Positions 9,041 through 18,005 are shown, numbered from the stretch's first letter. The stretch: DNA of 28,561 bases from a virus (IMGVR_UViG_3300045747_000855:1-28561); one strand, 5' to 3'. A program made the numbers and translations. The notes: generated by a model not told the origin, from the letters alone.

Positions 9041-11758
9041 TTAGCCGCCGCCTGCGGTTTGTTGGGCGCGCTTGAGGGCAGCAATCAGCGCCTGCGCATC
9101 AGACTCGCTGGCCACCTTCACTGGGGTGTTTTGGCCGTTGATATTGAGGTTGACGGTGTAGCTGTTTAATGACTGGGTGCTTGATGGCTTGTCCGTCACG
9201 TTGACCCGCCCCGAGTTGGTGGCATTGACCAGTGCCTGTGCGTCATTCAAAGCCTGAATTGATACAGACCCAGCCGACAACTTGCTCATTTCCTGAATAA
9301 AGTTCAGCGCATTCTTGGCCTGTGTTTTGGCTGTATCGAGCTCAGCCTGCGTCATATTGACGGACTGACCCGTATCCGATGCATTTTTGATCTTATAAGC
9401 CAGGTCAATGGGCAGCGTATTGTTGGATGTGCCAGCGGCTGAGCCGTCTTTGTTGGCTTTCAGACCGTCCGATGTCAGCCCGTAGGGGTTGTCTTTGCTG
9501 ATTTTGTCCTTGTTTGCCACTGGTGCCGCAGTGCGGTCTGCCAGCGTTTGCAGCACGCGCAAGGCTTCGGTCTGACGCTCAATGTCGGCGGTGGTGTTGC
9601 GCACGTTCCCACCAAATCGCTGCGTGGCATCGGACCCGCTGCCCATGGCGCTGATGATGGTTTTGCCAGTGCTGTCGGTCTGGATCGCCAGCCCACGCAT
9701 AGCGGCTTCGCTTTTGAGGGTCTCGGTGGCTACGCCGTTGTTGGATGCAATAGCTGCCTCAGCGTATTTTTTAAACGCTTCCCGCAAGCCATCGGCGGTG
9801 GCCTCACCACTACCTTTGATGGTTTCAAAATCGGCCTTGGCAACGCTGGCAACTGTAGCCAACTCGGTTTTGGTTTTGATGCCAGCTCGTGAGAACGCAT
9901 CGGCGATGGCCTGGGCAGCCTCGTCAGCCTGCTTTTTCAGATCAGCGATGCTGTTTTTGGACTCTTTTGCAGCGCCGTTAAGTGCCTGCATCTTCTCGGT
10001 GGCCAACTGCCAATTGCCTGTAGCCACCGCTGCCTCATATTCGGCGCGTAGTGCAGCTACTTTTTCCTTTGTGGCTTGCGCCGTCACCTGTTGCCTGGTG
10101 GCACTGTCACTGGCTTTGGCAGCGGCATCGGTAGCAGCGTTGCCAACACCGCTCAGGCTTGCGGCTACCTGGTCAAAGGCGGCGGCACTGGGTGTAGCTT
10201 TAGCAGCGGCATCGGAGCTGCTGCTGGACAGGCTACTAAAGCCATTGCGGGCCAACTGGGCACCATCGCCCATGGCAGTGAATGCAGCAACAGCCTTGTC
10301 AGCCATGGCGCGACTGACCGCCGTTGTTGCATCTGCTGACAGTCTTATATCAGCCGCCATCTGCTTGTACTTTGCCGAGACATCACCAAAAGTGATCTTG
10401 CTAAAGCCCTCGTATAGTAGCGCCAGCCCTTTCTGAACGGTAGCCGCCACGCCCGCAAAGGCCACGCCCACACCATAAATGACCGTGAGTACGCCATTGG
10501 CCCCAGCACTCATTACCCCATAAGCCAACTTGGCACTGTCGCCAGCGGCTCTGGCGTTCTCACCAATACTCCTGAACACTTCACCCGCGCGATCAGCAAA
10601 GGCACGCAAGTCAGCCGCAACCTTGGTGAAGTCAATCTTGGCGGCAAAGTCCTGCGCCCACTTGATGCCAGCCTGGAACGCAGTGGCAATGGACTCGCCA
10701 AACTTGGCCACAGCGCCACTGCTGACTGCGTCAGAGAACGCCTTTGACAGCTTTTCAACACCGTCTTTAAGTACCGGCAAAACCGGCGTTGCCAGCGTAT
10801 TTTTGACGGTATCCCAGGCGCTGCTAAGGCTGTCAAACGACCCCAGCAGATTGTTCTGCATCACCGCTGCAGTCTTGGCAGCGCTGCCTGCAGCACCTTC
10901 AAGCTTGACCTTGAGATCGTCTAGCGCGCCAATGCCCTGATTGAGCAACGCACGCAAGGCCGGGCCAGCCTCGGTGCCAACTGCGTTGATGGCCTTGCTA
11001 CCCGCCGGGCCCGCAGCAGCCAGCTGGCGCAACGCCTGTTCGAAATTGTTGGTGATGATGCCTGCACCCGCCAGTTCAGTGCGGAACTTGCTGGATGGAT
11101 CGGCAAACTGCGCCATGATGGCGTTCAGTGCTGTGCCCGCACGGCTGGCATCAATGCCTGCATCGGCAAACTTGCCAATGATGGCCACTGTGGTTTCCAG
11201 GTCCAGCCCAAGGGTTTTAGCCAGCGGCGCGGCGTAGCTCAAGGCTTGCGCCAGGCCGGTTACGCTGGTGTTGCTGGCGTTGGCCCCCATGGCCATCACG
11301 TCAGCTACCCGGCCAGCATCGGTAAACGCCAGGCCCATGCCCATGACGGTTTTGGACACGTAGTCAGAGGCCTCGGCCAAGCCAATGCCACCGGCCTGAG
11401 CCAGCTGTAGCACGGCAGGCAAGGCTGCTATGGCATCCTTGGCATTAAGCCCGCTGCGGGCCAGGTTTCCCAAAGCCTCGGCACCCTCTGTGGCGGTGAA
11501 CTTTGTAGTGGCACCTGCATCTTCTGCCGCTTTGCGCAGCTGCACCATCTCAGCAGTGGTGGCACCACTGACCGCCTGCACTTCAGATAGCTTGGCCTCC
11601 AGATTGGCCGCACCCTTGACGGCCCCCACAAAGGCATCAATGCCGAAGTAACCCGCAATGGCTGCGCCCACTGCAGCCACCTTAGAGCCCATCGAACTAA
11701 AGACCCCGGACGCCTCGTCCTTGGCCCTGATGATGATTTCAATGGGGTTGATGGCCAT
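9041..11758 (-). CDS. Tail tape measure protein (TP901-family core, 905 aa)
   Basis: Ala-rich helical protein with TP901 core motifs (GATTKFTATEGAEALGNLARSG, AGRVADVMA, LSYAAP, GIDASRAGTAL); follows the tail tube. Confidence 0.95.
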   Translation of the reverse strand: MAINPIEIIIRAKDEASGVFSSMGSKVAAVGAAIAGYFGIDAFVGAVKGAANLEAKLSEVQAVSGATTAEMVQLRKAAEDAGATTKFTATEGAEALGNLARSGLNAKDAIAALPAVLQLAQAGGIGLAEASDYVSKTVMGMGLAFTDAGRVADVMAMGANASNTSVTGLAQALSYAAPLAKTLGLDLETTVAIIGKFADAGIDASRAGTALNAIMAQFADPSSKFRTELAGAGIITNNFEQALRQLAAAGPAGSKAINAVGTEAGPALRALLNQGIGALDDLKVKLEGAAGSAAKTAAVMQNNLLGSFDSLSSAWDTVKNTLATPVLPVLKDGVEKLSKAFSDAVSSGAVAKFGESIATAFQAGIKWAQDFAAKIDFTKVAADLRAFADRAGEVFRSIGENARAAGDSAKLAYGVMSAGANGVLTVIYGVGVAFAGVAATVQKGLALLYEGFSKITFGDVSAKYKQMAADIRLSADATTAVSRAMADKAVAAFTAMGDGAQLARNGFSSLSSSSSDAAAKATPSAAAFDQVAASLSGVGNAATDAAAKASDSATRQQVTAQATKEKVAALRAEYEAAVATGNWQLATEKMQALNGAAKESKNSIADLKKQADEAAQAIADAFSRAGIKTKTELATVASVAKADFETIKGSGEATADGLREAFKKYAEAAIASNNGVATETLKSEAAMRGLAIQTDSTGKTIISAMGSGSDATQRFGGNVRNTTADIERQTEALRVLQTLADRTAAPVANKDKISKDNPYGLTSDGLKANKDGSAAGTSNNTLPIDLAYKIKNASDTGQSVNMTQAELDTAKTQAKNALNFIQEMSKLSAGSVSIQALNDAQALVNATNSGRVNVTDKPSSTQSLNSYTVNLNINGQNTPVKVASESDAQALIAALKRAQQTAGGG

Positions 11759-11767
11759 AGGTTTTTA

Positions 11768-12517
11768 TTACGCCAGCTTGACCCTGAAAAACTGGCTAAT
11801 GCCTGTGCCGGTTTTGCTGGTGTCAACCAGCATCTCGGCGTCTACCGTCAAATCACTGAACTTGTCGCCCAACAGGGTGAGCGCCTTGGCTGGGCTTAAC
11901 TGGGCGCGGTAGATGTCCACAATCACCGGCTTGCCACTGTTGGCCTCGTTGAGCCCTTCAAAGTGCAGCTCTAACACGGGCGCGCCGCCGGTCATGGCTT
12001 CGACCTTGCTGTAGCTGGCGTAGGTGTAGCTCACTTTGAGCGACTCGCTGGCCACAATGGCCCCGCCCGTCATGATGAAGATGCCACCGGCGCGGACTTC
12101 GTAGTCGGCGCCTGCAACGTAGCTGATGAGGCCAGTAGCGCCGTCTTTGACGGTGAGCGCTGTGGGGTTGGGGTGTGCCAAGGGCACCAGTGCGTCCAGG
12201 TAGGCGGTAACGACTTCATCGGCCACCGTGGCACCTGTGATGGCCGAGTCGGTGCCAAAGATGGCGCGGGCAATATTGGCTTTGTTGAGGTCATTGAGCG
12301 TGACGTTGAGCGTTGCGGCCTCAATGCGGCTCACCGATGCATAGACACCACCGCCCGGTTTGCTGAAATCTTGCAGCGTGACCTTTTTGTCCTTTACGGT
12401 AATGTCGAGCTTGCTGGCATTGCCCATGTAGATCAGGCCTGCACTGGCAGCGGTGCCAGCCACGCGGGCGTAAATCTTGCCGCTGCCAAGGTAGGGGTAA
12501 TAGGTGGTATCGGTCAT
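11768..12517 (-). CDS. Major tail tube protein (non-contractile tail, 249 aa)
   Basis: YLGSGKIY...GNASKL N-terminus and LHFEGLNEANSGKPVIVD C-terminus; between the tail terminator and tape measure; no sheath gene; AAGGA RBS. Confidence 0.8.
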   Translation of the reverse strand: MTDTTYYPYLGSGKIYARVAGTAASAGLIYMGNASKLDITVKDKKVTLQDFSKPGGGVYASVSRIEAATLNVTLNDLNKANIARAIFGTDSAITGATVADEVVTAYLDALVPLAHPNPTALTVKDGATGLISYVAGADYEVRAGGIFIMTGGAIVASESLKVSYTYASYSKVEAMTGGAPVLELHFEGLNEANSGKPVIVDIYRAQLSPAKALTLLGDKFSDLTVDAEMLVDTSKTGTGISQFFRVKLA

Positions 12518-12544
12518 GATAAAAATCCTTTCGCGTTAAAAAAA

Positions 12545-12985
12545 TCAGTCCAGCACCAGCTCGGCCACAAAAGCCAGGGGCAGGTAGTGGTAGCCGTTGC
12601 TGTGGCCAGCGTCGGGCGCATGGGTCAAGCGCAGGGGTTTGGAAGTGGCAGCGGGCTTGAAGCCCATTAGCGCTTGCGTAACGCGCCGGGCAATCAGACC
12701 GGCATCAGCGCGGCCAGCGGCACCACTGCGCAGGTTTTGCACATTGCGCGTGGCCACCACGGTCAGCCAGGTTTGTTCCATGCGCACCAATTTACCGTTG
12801 CTGTTGCTCTCGGTGATGGCGTAGTTGCGGTACAGCAGGTGCACGGCCGGGGTGACTTGCGTGGCCTCGGTGACACTGGCCAAATCAATCGCTGCCAGCA
12901 CATGCACTTTGGGGGTGAGGTCGGCCAGCTGCTCGGCCAAGCGTGCCATCAGCAGGGGCTCTAACTCAAGCAGGTTGGTGTTCAT
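12545..12985 (-). CDS. Mu gp37-like tail terminator/completion protein (146 aa)
   Basis: Synteny after the gp36-like gene; TPAVHLLY, QTWLTVVATRN and ALMGFKP motifs. Confidence 0.7.
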   Translation of the reverse strand: MNTNLLELEPLLMARLAEQLADLTPKVHVLAAIDLASVTEATQVTPAVHLLYRNYAITESNSNGKLVRMEQTWLTVVATRNVQNLRSGAAGRADAGLIARRVTQALMGFKPAATSKPLRLTHAPDAGHSNGYHYLPLAFVAELVLD

Positions 12986-13404
12986 CAGGCAAAACCGCGC
13001 AGGTTGTCAGCATCCATCTGGCGCGGCTCAAAGCTGTAATACACCGTGGCAGTACCCGCCATGGCCACAGCCTCCAGGCCCGCCAGGCGCACCTCGCCAC
13101 TGGCAAACTTTTTGAGCAGGCTCACCGCATCTTCATAGCGCTGGCGCACCGTTGGCGGCACACCATCGTCATACAGGCTGTAGCGCGCCATGTCGCAGGC
13201 CAGGCGGTTAAGCACCGTGGGCGTTGTGGCCAGCGGCAGGGTGTAGCGCGTGGCCATGTAGCTGTCGATCTGCGCATCAGCATCAGCCAGGGCGCGTGCC
13301 AACACCGCCACGTCGATGGTTAACCCATCGACGCGGTTGGTGCGCTGGGCGACCTCAGACTCGCCAAAGCGCTCCACCATGTCAGACTGCGATGCGTAGC
13401 TCAT
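12985..13404 (-). CDS. Mu gp36-like (DUF1320) head-tail connector (139 aa)
   Basis: MSYAS..DMVERFG, ALADADAQIDSY..RY.LPL, LACDMARY.LYD and RYEDAV.LL signature. Confidence 0.92.
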   Translation of the reverse strand: MSYASQSDMVERFGESEVAQRTNRVDGLTIDVAVLARALADADAQIDSYMATRYTLPLATTPTVLNRLACDMARYSLYDDGVPPTVRQRYEDAVSLLKKFASGEVRLAGLEAVAMAGTATVYYSFEPRQMDADNLRGFA

Positions 13405-13425
13405 GCTCGGATCAAGTGCTGGTTA

Positions 13426-13806
13426 TCAGGCGTGGACGTGCTTGACGATCTGCATCTCAAACAACTGGCCTGCCACAGTGGTGGCCCCCAGGGCGCGGCC
13501 GCAGTGGTCGGTCAAGCTGCCCACGGCACCGCGGCCGGTACCGTCGATGGCGGGTTTGACGTAAGCGCCAAAGGCAATCGCCTCAGAGCACTCCACCAGG
13601 TAGCTGTACTCGGTGACCACACTCACGGCGTCGCCAATGGCTGCGTCCATCTCGCTCACGCCCTGGGCATCTTTGGTGCCCCCTGCGGCCGTGGCATAAG
13701 CACCGTCATAAGCCACGATGCGGTTAATGGCAATGGCCGCTGTGGCCACCACGGTGACGGCATCGTCCTTTTGGTGCTGCAAGCCAGCATTGTTTTGTGA
13801 ACCCAT
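13426..13806 (-). CDS. Capsid cement/decoration protein (DUF2190-like, 126 aa)
   Basis: Small Ala/Gly-rich beta protein (GVS..DAAIGDAVSV...AIAFGAYV...GRAL) near the capsid gene; TAAGGAG RBS. Confidence 0.75.
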   Translation of the reverse strand: MGSQNNAGLQHQKDDAVTVVATAAIAINRIVAYDGAYATAAGGTKDAQGVSEMDAAIGDAVSVVTEYSYLVECSEAIAFGAYVKPAIDGTGRGAVGSLTDHCGRALGATTVAGQLFEMQIVKHVHA

Positions 13807-13870
13807 GGAAGAAACTCCTTAAATAGTGAACAGAAAAAAGGGGGGGGGAATAAACCGGTGGCCTGCGCGC

Positions 13871-14122
13871 CTACTCTGACGCAGCTGTTTTGGCCAGCTC
13901 CAGCTTGCGCGCGGCCGCAAACTCGCGCTTGGCTCGGGCCTCAGCGGCGGCAGCAGCCTTTTCGTCAGCAGCTTGTTCGTCTTGGTCCTGGATGGCACCG
14001 ACGCGCTTGAGCTCTTCTTCGTCAATGGCGTTCAGGCCGGTGACTTCTTCACCGGGTTGGATGTAGACGCGGTCGAGGCCTGCACCGAGGGCAACGACTA
14101 CGAGGGCAATCAGTTTTGACAT
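13871..14122 (-). CDS. Small head-module hypothetical protein (83 aa)
   Basis: AGGA RBS; directly after the capsid gene; PGEEV...EEELKRVGAI pattern with a charged helical tail. Confidence 0.7.
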   Translation of the reverse strand: MSKLIALVVVALGAGLDRVYIQPGEEVTGLNAIDEEELKRVGAIQDQDEQAADEKAAAAAEARAKREFAAARKLELAKTAASE

Positions 14123-14134
14123 TTGTATTCCTGC

Positions 14135-15097
14135 TTACTTCGGGTTCTGGAACAAAAAGGCGGCGGTGTTGTAGGCCACGTTGGGGCGGCGCTCAAAGGT
14201 GGCACCGTAGATCCAGCTCTTCACGCTGTTCTCAAAATACGGTGTCTCGGCAAACGGGTGGCCTTCCATCACGTTGGTGAAGCCAAAGGCGGGCTCCGCC
14301 ATGCTGATGTCGCCACTGCCAGCACCGCCCATGCTGGGCACATAGGCCAACACGGCGTTGTTGCCCCACACGTCTTGGCCGGTGTTGGTGGCATCCTTCC
14401 ACACGGCTTCGCCCACTTCGATTTCTTTCACATTCAGAATCGTCTTGAGCTGCTCCATCGTGGCGGGTCCCATTTGCGTGCTGGACAAATAGGCTTTAAC
14501 TTCCGCATTGGTTTGCAGGCAGCTAAAGGCATCGGCACTGAGCAGCAGCTTGTTGGGGCGCTTGCCAATCTTCTTGCGAATCACCTCGCTGGCTGCGCGG
14601 ATGTCAGTCACCGGCGTACCGGTGCTGGCACTCCACTTGGTGGCACCGGCCAGGGCCGTGGTGTGGCCCGCTGCATAAGTGCCACTGGTGGTGGCCAGCG
14701 TGGCCACGTCCAACTCATAGTCCAGGTCCAAAATGTCTTTGGCGGTGACCATGGCAATGCGGCTGATGTCAAGGTAGTTGCCCACATTCAGGCGGCGGCT
14801 CTCATCGCTTTCGCGAATCACCTCACGCGGAATGGGCACCTCGACCGCGTATTGGTCCACGGTATAGGTTTTGCCCTGATAGCTCACCTCGACCCGCTTG
14901 GTCTTGGTGCCTGGGGCGCGGCGCAGGTTGTAGCGCTTGAAGCGCTCATCACCGAGCTGCGCCAGCGAGATTGAGCTTAGTGCCTGCGGCAGGCGCGGAA
15001 ACAGCTTTTCTGCAATGTAGCTTGACTGTGTCATGCCCAGCAACAAGCCGGTCAGTATCGGGCTCTGGCCCAGGCGAATTTGTGCGGCGGTCATCAT
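14135..15097 (-). CDS. Major capsid protein (HK97 fold, 320 aa)
   Basis: Follows the protease/scaffold; IAEKLFP, RRAPG, KWS...TPVTDI...IRKKIGKRPNKLLL and AAFLFQN motifs; AAGGA RBS. Confidence 0.9.
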   Translation of the reverse strand: MMTAAQIRLGQSPILTGLLLGMTQSSYIAEKLFPRLPQALSSISLAQLGDERFKRYNLRRAPGTKTKRVEVSYQGKTYTVDQYAVEVPIPREVIRESDESRRLNVGNYLDISRIAMVTAKDILDLDYELDVATLATTSGTYAAGHTTALAGATKWSASTGTPVTDIRAASEVIRKKIGKRPNKLLLSADAFSCLQTNAEVKAYLSSTQMGPATMEQLKTILNVKEIEVGEAVWKDATNTGQDVWGNNAVLAYVPSMGGAGSGDISMAEPAFGFTNVMEGHPFAETPYFENSVKSWIYGATFERRPNVAYNTAAFLFQNPK

Positions 15098-15154
15098 GAT
15101 GGAGTGGGTCCTTTAAGTGAGACGATTAACAAGTAAAAAGGGTCGGCTACGGGC

Positions 15155-15652
15155 TCAGGCGGTAAAAGTGCACACCGCTTGCAGTGCCTCGGCGTACTGC
15201 ACCTTGTGCTGCTTTGCGTAGGCGCGGGCGGCCAAATCAATCTCGGCCTCGCTCTGGCCTTGCGCGCTGCCTGGGCTGGTCACCGAGCCAGCGGCTTGCT
15301 CACCAAAGATCACCACCGGTTTGGCCCGCTCAATGAGGCTTTTGACAAAGTCCACCGCAGACACGGTGCGGGGGGCACCACCCTCGGCAAAGCTGACCGG
15401 CTTGGCATCAGAGGCCAGGCCGAGCAAGTCCACCACGGCGGTTTTTTCTGCGGGCTTGATGCTGGCGGCCTTGACCTGTGCCTCGGCATAACTGGTAAAG
15501 CTGGCAGTGCGCTGGGCGCGAGCCTCTTCGGAAAACTTGGCAAGTTTCGCTGCAGCCTCTTGGGCCTGTGCCGTGGCCTGGTCAGCCGTGGCCTGCAAGG
15601 CGGCGTTTTGCGCCTGTGCGGCCGCTAGCTGGTCTTGAAGTTCTTTGGACAT
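15155..15652 (-). CDS. Probable internally initiated scaffolding protein (Mu gpZ-like, 165 aa)
   Basis: In-frame ATG (MSKELQDQL) at 15652 preceded by AGGAG (15662-15666), after a Pro/Ser linker; Mu I/Z precedent. Confidence 0.65.
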   Translation of the reverse strand: MSKELQDQLAAAQAQNAALQATADQATAQAQEAAAKLAKFSEEARAQRTASFTSYAEAQVKAASIKPAEKTAVVDLLGLASDAKPVSFAEGGAPRTVSAVDFVKSLIERAKPVVIFGEQAAGSVTSPGSAQGQSEAEIDLAARAYAKQHKVQYAEALQAVCTFTA

Positions 15653-16165
15653 TTGGAGTTGCTCCTGGTTGGGGTTAACGGGGGAAGGGGAAACTGGGGT
15701 GGAAGCTGCGCCGGGGCTGTCTTCAGAAAAGCGCACCGTGCCGGCATCGGACGTAGCAAAGCCTGCCAGGCCAGCAATGGCGGGCTGCTGCGCCCCCAAA
15801 AACGCCACATGGCGCAAATACCAATTGCCGGGCTTGGGGTTGTTGGGGTGCTGGGGTGGGTAAAAGCAGGCGCTGCGTTTCTTGAACAGCTTTTTGTCGA
15901 CCATCTCGGCAAACTGGGGCTGCACCTGGTGCGCATTCATGGCCAGGTTGCCGCTGGCATTGAGCGCTAAGCCTTGCACCCAGCCATAGGCAGGCAAGTT
16001 GTCAGCCGGGTGGCCAATGGTCAGCGGTGCCTCACGCAAGCTGGGGTCATAGGCGTGCACCATGCCCGCCACGTCAGCGGCACTGAAGTTGTGCACCGTG
16101 CCCGAATCGTCAGTGTGACGACCGGCGCGGAAAATCTCGATTTGGGGGGGAAGTCCGTTTGGCAT
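15155..16165 (-). CDS. Mu gpI-like prohead protease with C-terminal scaffold (336 aa)
   Basis: IEIFRAGRH, APLTIGHP, PAYGWV, FKKRSACF and LRHVAFLGA.QPAI.GL motifs; coiled-coil C-terminal half. Confidence 0.9.
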   Translation of the reverse strand: MPNGLPPQIEIFRAGRHTDDSGTVHNFSAADVAGMVHAYDPSLREAPLTIGHPADNLPAYGWVQGLALNASGNLAMNAHQVQPQFAEMVDKKLFKKRSACFYPPQHPNNPKPGNWYLRHVAFLGAQQPAIAGLAGFATSDAGTVRFSEDSPGAASTPVSPSPVNPNQEQLQMSKELQDQLAAAQAQNAALQATADQATAQAQEAAAKLAKFSEEARAQRTASFTSYAEAQVKAASIKPAEKTAVVDLLGLASDAKPVSFAEGGAPRTVSAVDFVKSLIERAKPVVIFGEQAAGSVTSPGSAQGQSEAEIDLAARAYAKQHKVQYAEALQAVCTFTA

Positions 16166-16230
16166 ACCCGGTACTGTGCCGGGCTGCTGTCACTGTGTAA
16201 TTGGAACGAGGGCAGAACTTGCCGCCCCGT
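16166..16230 (-). promoter_or_regulatory. Putative Mor/C-activated late promoter of the head-tail operon
   Basis: 69-bp gap between mor and the protease gene; -10-like CACAGT (16173-16178) 7 nt before the ATG; short dyad GGCA-N5-TGCC (16211-16223); no SD sequence. Confidence 0.4.
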
Positions 16231-16234
16231 AGCC

Positions 16235-16615
16235 TTAAGCCGGGTCTGGCTTGTCAAACAGCCCGTGCTGGCTACCTGCGCGAATGCGCTTGGTGACCCG
16301 AGCAATCAGCTTGCGCAGGCCACGCTCGGTGAGGTTATAGGCTTGCGCCAGTTCACTCAGGTTGTTGCCGTGCCAGGCCTGATAGATGGAAGCCTCCAGG
16401 GTGCTGAGCTTGCGCCGGTATTCCTTGGGGAAGGTGATATTTTGCCCGCCCCAGTGGCTGGCTAGGCGGTCGGCCAGCTCGCTGGCAATCAGCGCGGCCT
16501 CATTGTCGCCCACACCGTATTCGCCCAACTGCTGCGTGACCAGTGCGATCAGGTCGGCATAGAGCTCGTGGCGGCGCTCGGCCATGCGGCCATCATTGGG
16601 GTCGTTGGTAGCCAT
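16235..16615 (-). CDS. mor: Mor/C-family transcription activator (126 aa)
   Basis: WGGQNITFPK, IYQAWHGNNLSELAQAYNLTERGLRKLI; follows gemA. Confidence 0.93.
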   Translation of the reverse strand: MATNDPNDGRMAERRHELYADLIALVTQQLGEYGVGDNEAALIASELADRLASHWGGQNITFPKEYRRKLSTLEASIYQAWHGNNLSELAQAYNLTERGLRKLIARVTKRIRAGSQHGLFDKPDPA

Positions 16616-16621
16616 GTTGGT

Positions 16622-17092
16622 TTAGCTCCGGGTTTCGGGTTCAGTGGCCACGCCAGAGCGCACGCACCATTTCTTTAAAGCTTCAATCACAGTGTTGACC
16701 TGGTAGCCATTCAAAAAGCGCCAGGCATCCAGCTTGGTCTGGCGCTTCACATAGGCCAGCAGGGCCGCATCGGTATTGGTGCGCACCACACCGGCCGTGG
16801 CCAGGGCGTGCCACAGGGCGCGACATTTCAGCCAGCGCGCGTCCTGGTCATCGTCTACCGTGCGGTACAGCGGGGGGCGCTGTTGGGGACGGGGGGCAAT
16901 CAGCCCGGCGTTTTGCTGCAAGCTGCTCAAATGCGCCAGGTACTTGGCACGCTGCCCGGCGCTCATGGCGGCACTGCTGGCCACACCGGTGACTTGCATC
17001 TTGACAAAGGTGGCATCTTCGCTAGAGAGCCCCAGCGCCTTTTGCGCCATGTGGATGGCGGCGAGCTGGCTTTGACGTGGGGCGATTGCCAT
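16622..17092 (-). CDS. gemA: GemA (Mu gp16/DUF1018-like) regulatory protein (156 aa)
   Basis: LAAIHMAQKALGL, TGVASSA.MS, KCRALWHAL...ALLAYVKRQT and VIEALKKW signature. Confidence 0.9.
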   Translation of the reverse strand: MAIAPRQSQLAAIHMAQKALGLSSEDATFVKMQVTGVASSAAMSAGQRAKYLAHLSSLQQNAGLIAPRPQQRPPLYRTVDDDQDARWLKCRALWHALATAGVVRTNTDAALLAYVKRQTKLDAWRFLNGYQVNTVIEALKKWCVRSGVATEPETRS

Positions 17093-17094
17093 GG

Positions 17095-17337
17095 TTAGAA
17101 CTGCCTAACAGCGGTCTCAAGCGCTACCACATCAATTGACAGCTCCTCCATCAATTCGGCTTTTGCCGTCATTGATCGGGTCGCAATGTCAATACCCAGA
17201 TCAAGATGTTCATCGATAACATCAATTGCCTGCTCTAGCGTGACGATGTCACCCAGCGTCATGTCGTGCCAAGCTGAAAGCTGGGCGACCAATGCCTCAA
17301 GACGGGCAACACGTTTTTCCAAATCGCTATTTTTCAT
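17095..17337 (-). CDS. Small acidic coiled-coil protein (80 aa)
   Basis: Start MKNSDLEKRVARLE at 17337 with AAGGA RBS; lower GC; last gene of the C4 cassette. Confidence 0.7.
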   Translation of the reverse strand: MKNSDLEKRVARLEALVAQLSAWHDMTLGDIVTLEQAIDVIDEHLDLGIDIATRSMTAKAELMEELSIDVVALETAVRQF

Positions 17338-17338
17338 G

Positions 17339-17995
17339 TCAATTTCCTTGTGCTGTGAATTCAAAGTCAAACCCGAACTGAGGTGGCTCGTAGTCGCTGC
17401 CCCACTGGTCCCAACCCTGCTTGGCGATCACCTTCTGTGCCGTTGCCGTCGAGTAGCGCTTGTGGGCGTACTCCACCGGGTCGGTGAACCCTTCGGTGAA
17501 CTGTTTCTTGCGGTGGTAGCCCACGCTGCCAGGGCTGCGCTCAATCAGCGGCGCAATCTCCACATCCTTCTTGCCCTCAAGAGCCAGGCTGCGCAGATCG
17601 GTGTAGAACGGATAGCGTGTCGTGAGCGCCTTCTCATGCTGGATGCGCGGGCGTGACAGCATGGCATCGTAGGCGCGAATGACTTTGAACTTGAACTGCG
17701 GGCTGATCCACATGGCGTAGCTGTAAACCAAGTCGAGACAGACCCATGCACCCGTGTTTTGCCGAACTTCAATAACAGCGGATTCGCTGTTATCGGGTTG
17801 CGGGCCAATAACACCATTTTTGGTTTTATCGACTTCAGCAATTAGGAACGCAACTTCCTCTTTTGTCTTTGCATTGCGCAGCCACTGAAAAGGTAGATGT
17901 CTTTTCTCACCGCCACTGGATTTGTGAAGATCGACCAGGCTAAATAGGTGCCGAGCGTTCTGGCGGATGGTTGTGTTCACGACAGTTAATTTCAT
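17339..17995 (-). CDS. KilA-N domain DNA-binding protein with a C-terminal HTH (218 aa)
   Basis: IRQ...FSLVDLHKSSGG...P.QWLRN...GAWVCLDLVYSYAMWISPQFKFKVIRAYD is the KilA-N pattern; EGKKDVEIAPLIERSPGSVGYH is an HTH; AAGGA RBS. Confidence 0.92.
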   Translation of the reverse strand: MKLTVVNTTIRQNARHLFSLVDLHKSSGGEKRHLPFQWLRNAKTKEEVAFLIAEVDKTKNGVIGPQPDNSESAVIEVRQNTGAWVCLDLVYSYAMWISPQFKFKVIRAYDAMLSRPRIQHEKALTTRYPFYTDLRSLALEGKKDVEIAPLIERSPGSVGYHRKKQFTEGFTDPVEYAHKRYSTATAQKVIAKQGWDQWGSDYEPPQFGFDFEFTAQGN

Positions 17996-18005
17996 GATGG
18001 TCCTT

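Noticed and set aside
1-16165. Tailocin or gene transfer agent interpretation of the structural cluster
   Set aside because: The cluster includes capsid and protease and is contiguous with an intact transposase, ATPase and immunity region, so a prophage explains it better.
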